A DNA stretch of 64,000 nucleotides from the NCBI GenBank assembly GCA_028534125.1, contig CM052817.1, forward strand, positions 33,792,001-33,856,000, read 5' to 3'. The notes beneath the pieces are model-generated. The model was not told the origin of the DNA. It saw only the letters and a program-made list of their open reading frames with translations, and did not search any database. This document shows, in pieces, positions 63,020 through 64,000 of the stretch (positions within the stretch are counted from its first letter, which is position 1; the number at the start of each line of letters is the position of its first letter). The stretch comes from Lama glama (lineage: Eukaryota). The position numbers and the translations under genes were made by a program.

Positions 63020-64000
63020 GAAGCACTGGTTTCTGCCTAGAGATTTCTGAGCCATTGGCTGAGTTTCATGACATTCTTTCATTGTATCAGTTCCTTCATG
63101 TGCTCCATGCTGAGAAACGTGGGTGGATTCCATTTTCTTCTCCTCAATCTTCAGTCACACACGGACAGTTTCTAATGACTTCAAATCCACTCCACTCAGG
63201 CTCCCCCTCTGATCTTAAATCTTTGTCAGATTTCATCACCTAGAGATTGGAGCCCCTGTGCATTTGTAGGGGAGGAAGAAGGGAGGGGGAGTGTCTATGT
63301 TTATACTTTGCTTGATTTTTATGGCCTTCACTACCCAAAGCTGTGTGAAATTGAGGGCAACACAGTTGGCCTGAACCCTGGAGCCATCTGTTCAAACTGT
63401 TCAAGATATTGGTGGTTGACTGTTTACTAAACAGACTACCCTGAGTGGCAGCCCCGAAGGCTGAGGCCGGGGCTTCTGTTAATCGTTAGGCATTTAACAA
63501 ACAGTTGGGGCCTTTCTGGCTTTGCTATCATTGCTTTCAGAAGCAACGTTCCATCTCCTGCCGTCAGCCACAGAGCGAGAGATGGGCTTGCTGCTGTGTT
63601 GATGGTGAGGATTTCCAGCAGGCTTGGGCTGCCCCGCCCGAGCAGTGGTGGGCATGTCATTCTGCAGGAGATGTGACATGTGTGCTTTTGTTGTTGACTT
63701 TATCTTTGCCAGCACACGTGGGTGTCTAACGTTGACTGGGAAGCTGTGCTCTGGGGTGGAGCAAAGGTTTAATTTTGTTGACAATTTAATGCTGGCAGAG
63801 ATATGTGCTTTGGTGAGGTCTCTCCCTTGAAACTTTTGCCCTTTCTCTAATCCTTTGCGTAAATACTGCCTTGAAAACCGTTTACGAAGTATCTGCAAAA
63901 GCATGTGAAACTGTTGGTAAACAGTCGTGATGAATAACACTTACTCACGGTCACATTGTCGAGCCTGAGTTTCTTTTTCATGGGATTTACTGTCTGGTGC

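Noticed and set aside
63494..63940. 148-aa minus-strand ORF
   Set aside because: GTG start that coincides with a splice-donor-like motif, and no recognisable homology; more likely intronic read-through.

Overview
Mammalian non-coding DNA (intronic or intergenic, roughly 40% GC by eye, CpG-depleted). It is most likely from a camelid (camel/alpaca/llama): the young SINEs are six copies of a tRNA-Ala-derived element with the AAATAAACCTAATTACCTCCCC-type tail I recognise as camelid Vic-1-like, and I see no Alu, Bov-tA, CHR or PRE-1 SINEs. I find no credible protein-coding gene, rRNA, genuine tRNA gene or CRISPR array; the supplied ORFs look like chance or repeat-derived frames. Much of the window is recognisable transposon debris: L2, MIR, old and young L1, MLT1/ERVL LTRs, MER33, MER5A and Tigger5/MER47. 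I found no convincing new biological system. The best leads are (1) an apparent L1 3' transduction inside a triple-nested LTR/SINE/L1 cluster, (2) a diverged ~170-bp local duplicate whose second copy interrupts an L2, (3) a tailless SINE with a target-site duplication (TSD), (4) a perfect RFX X-box next to a hairpin, and (5) several candidate exons and enhancer-like unique islands. Repeat family names come from memory of consensus sequences, and boundaries without TSDs are approximate.
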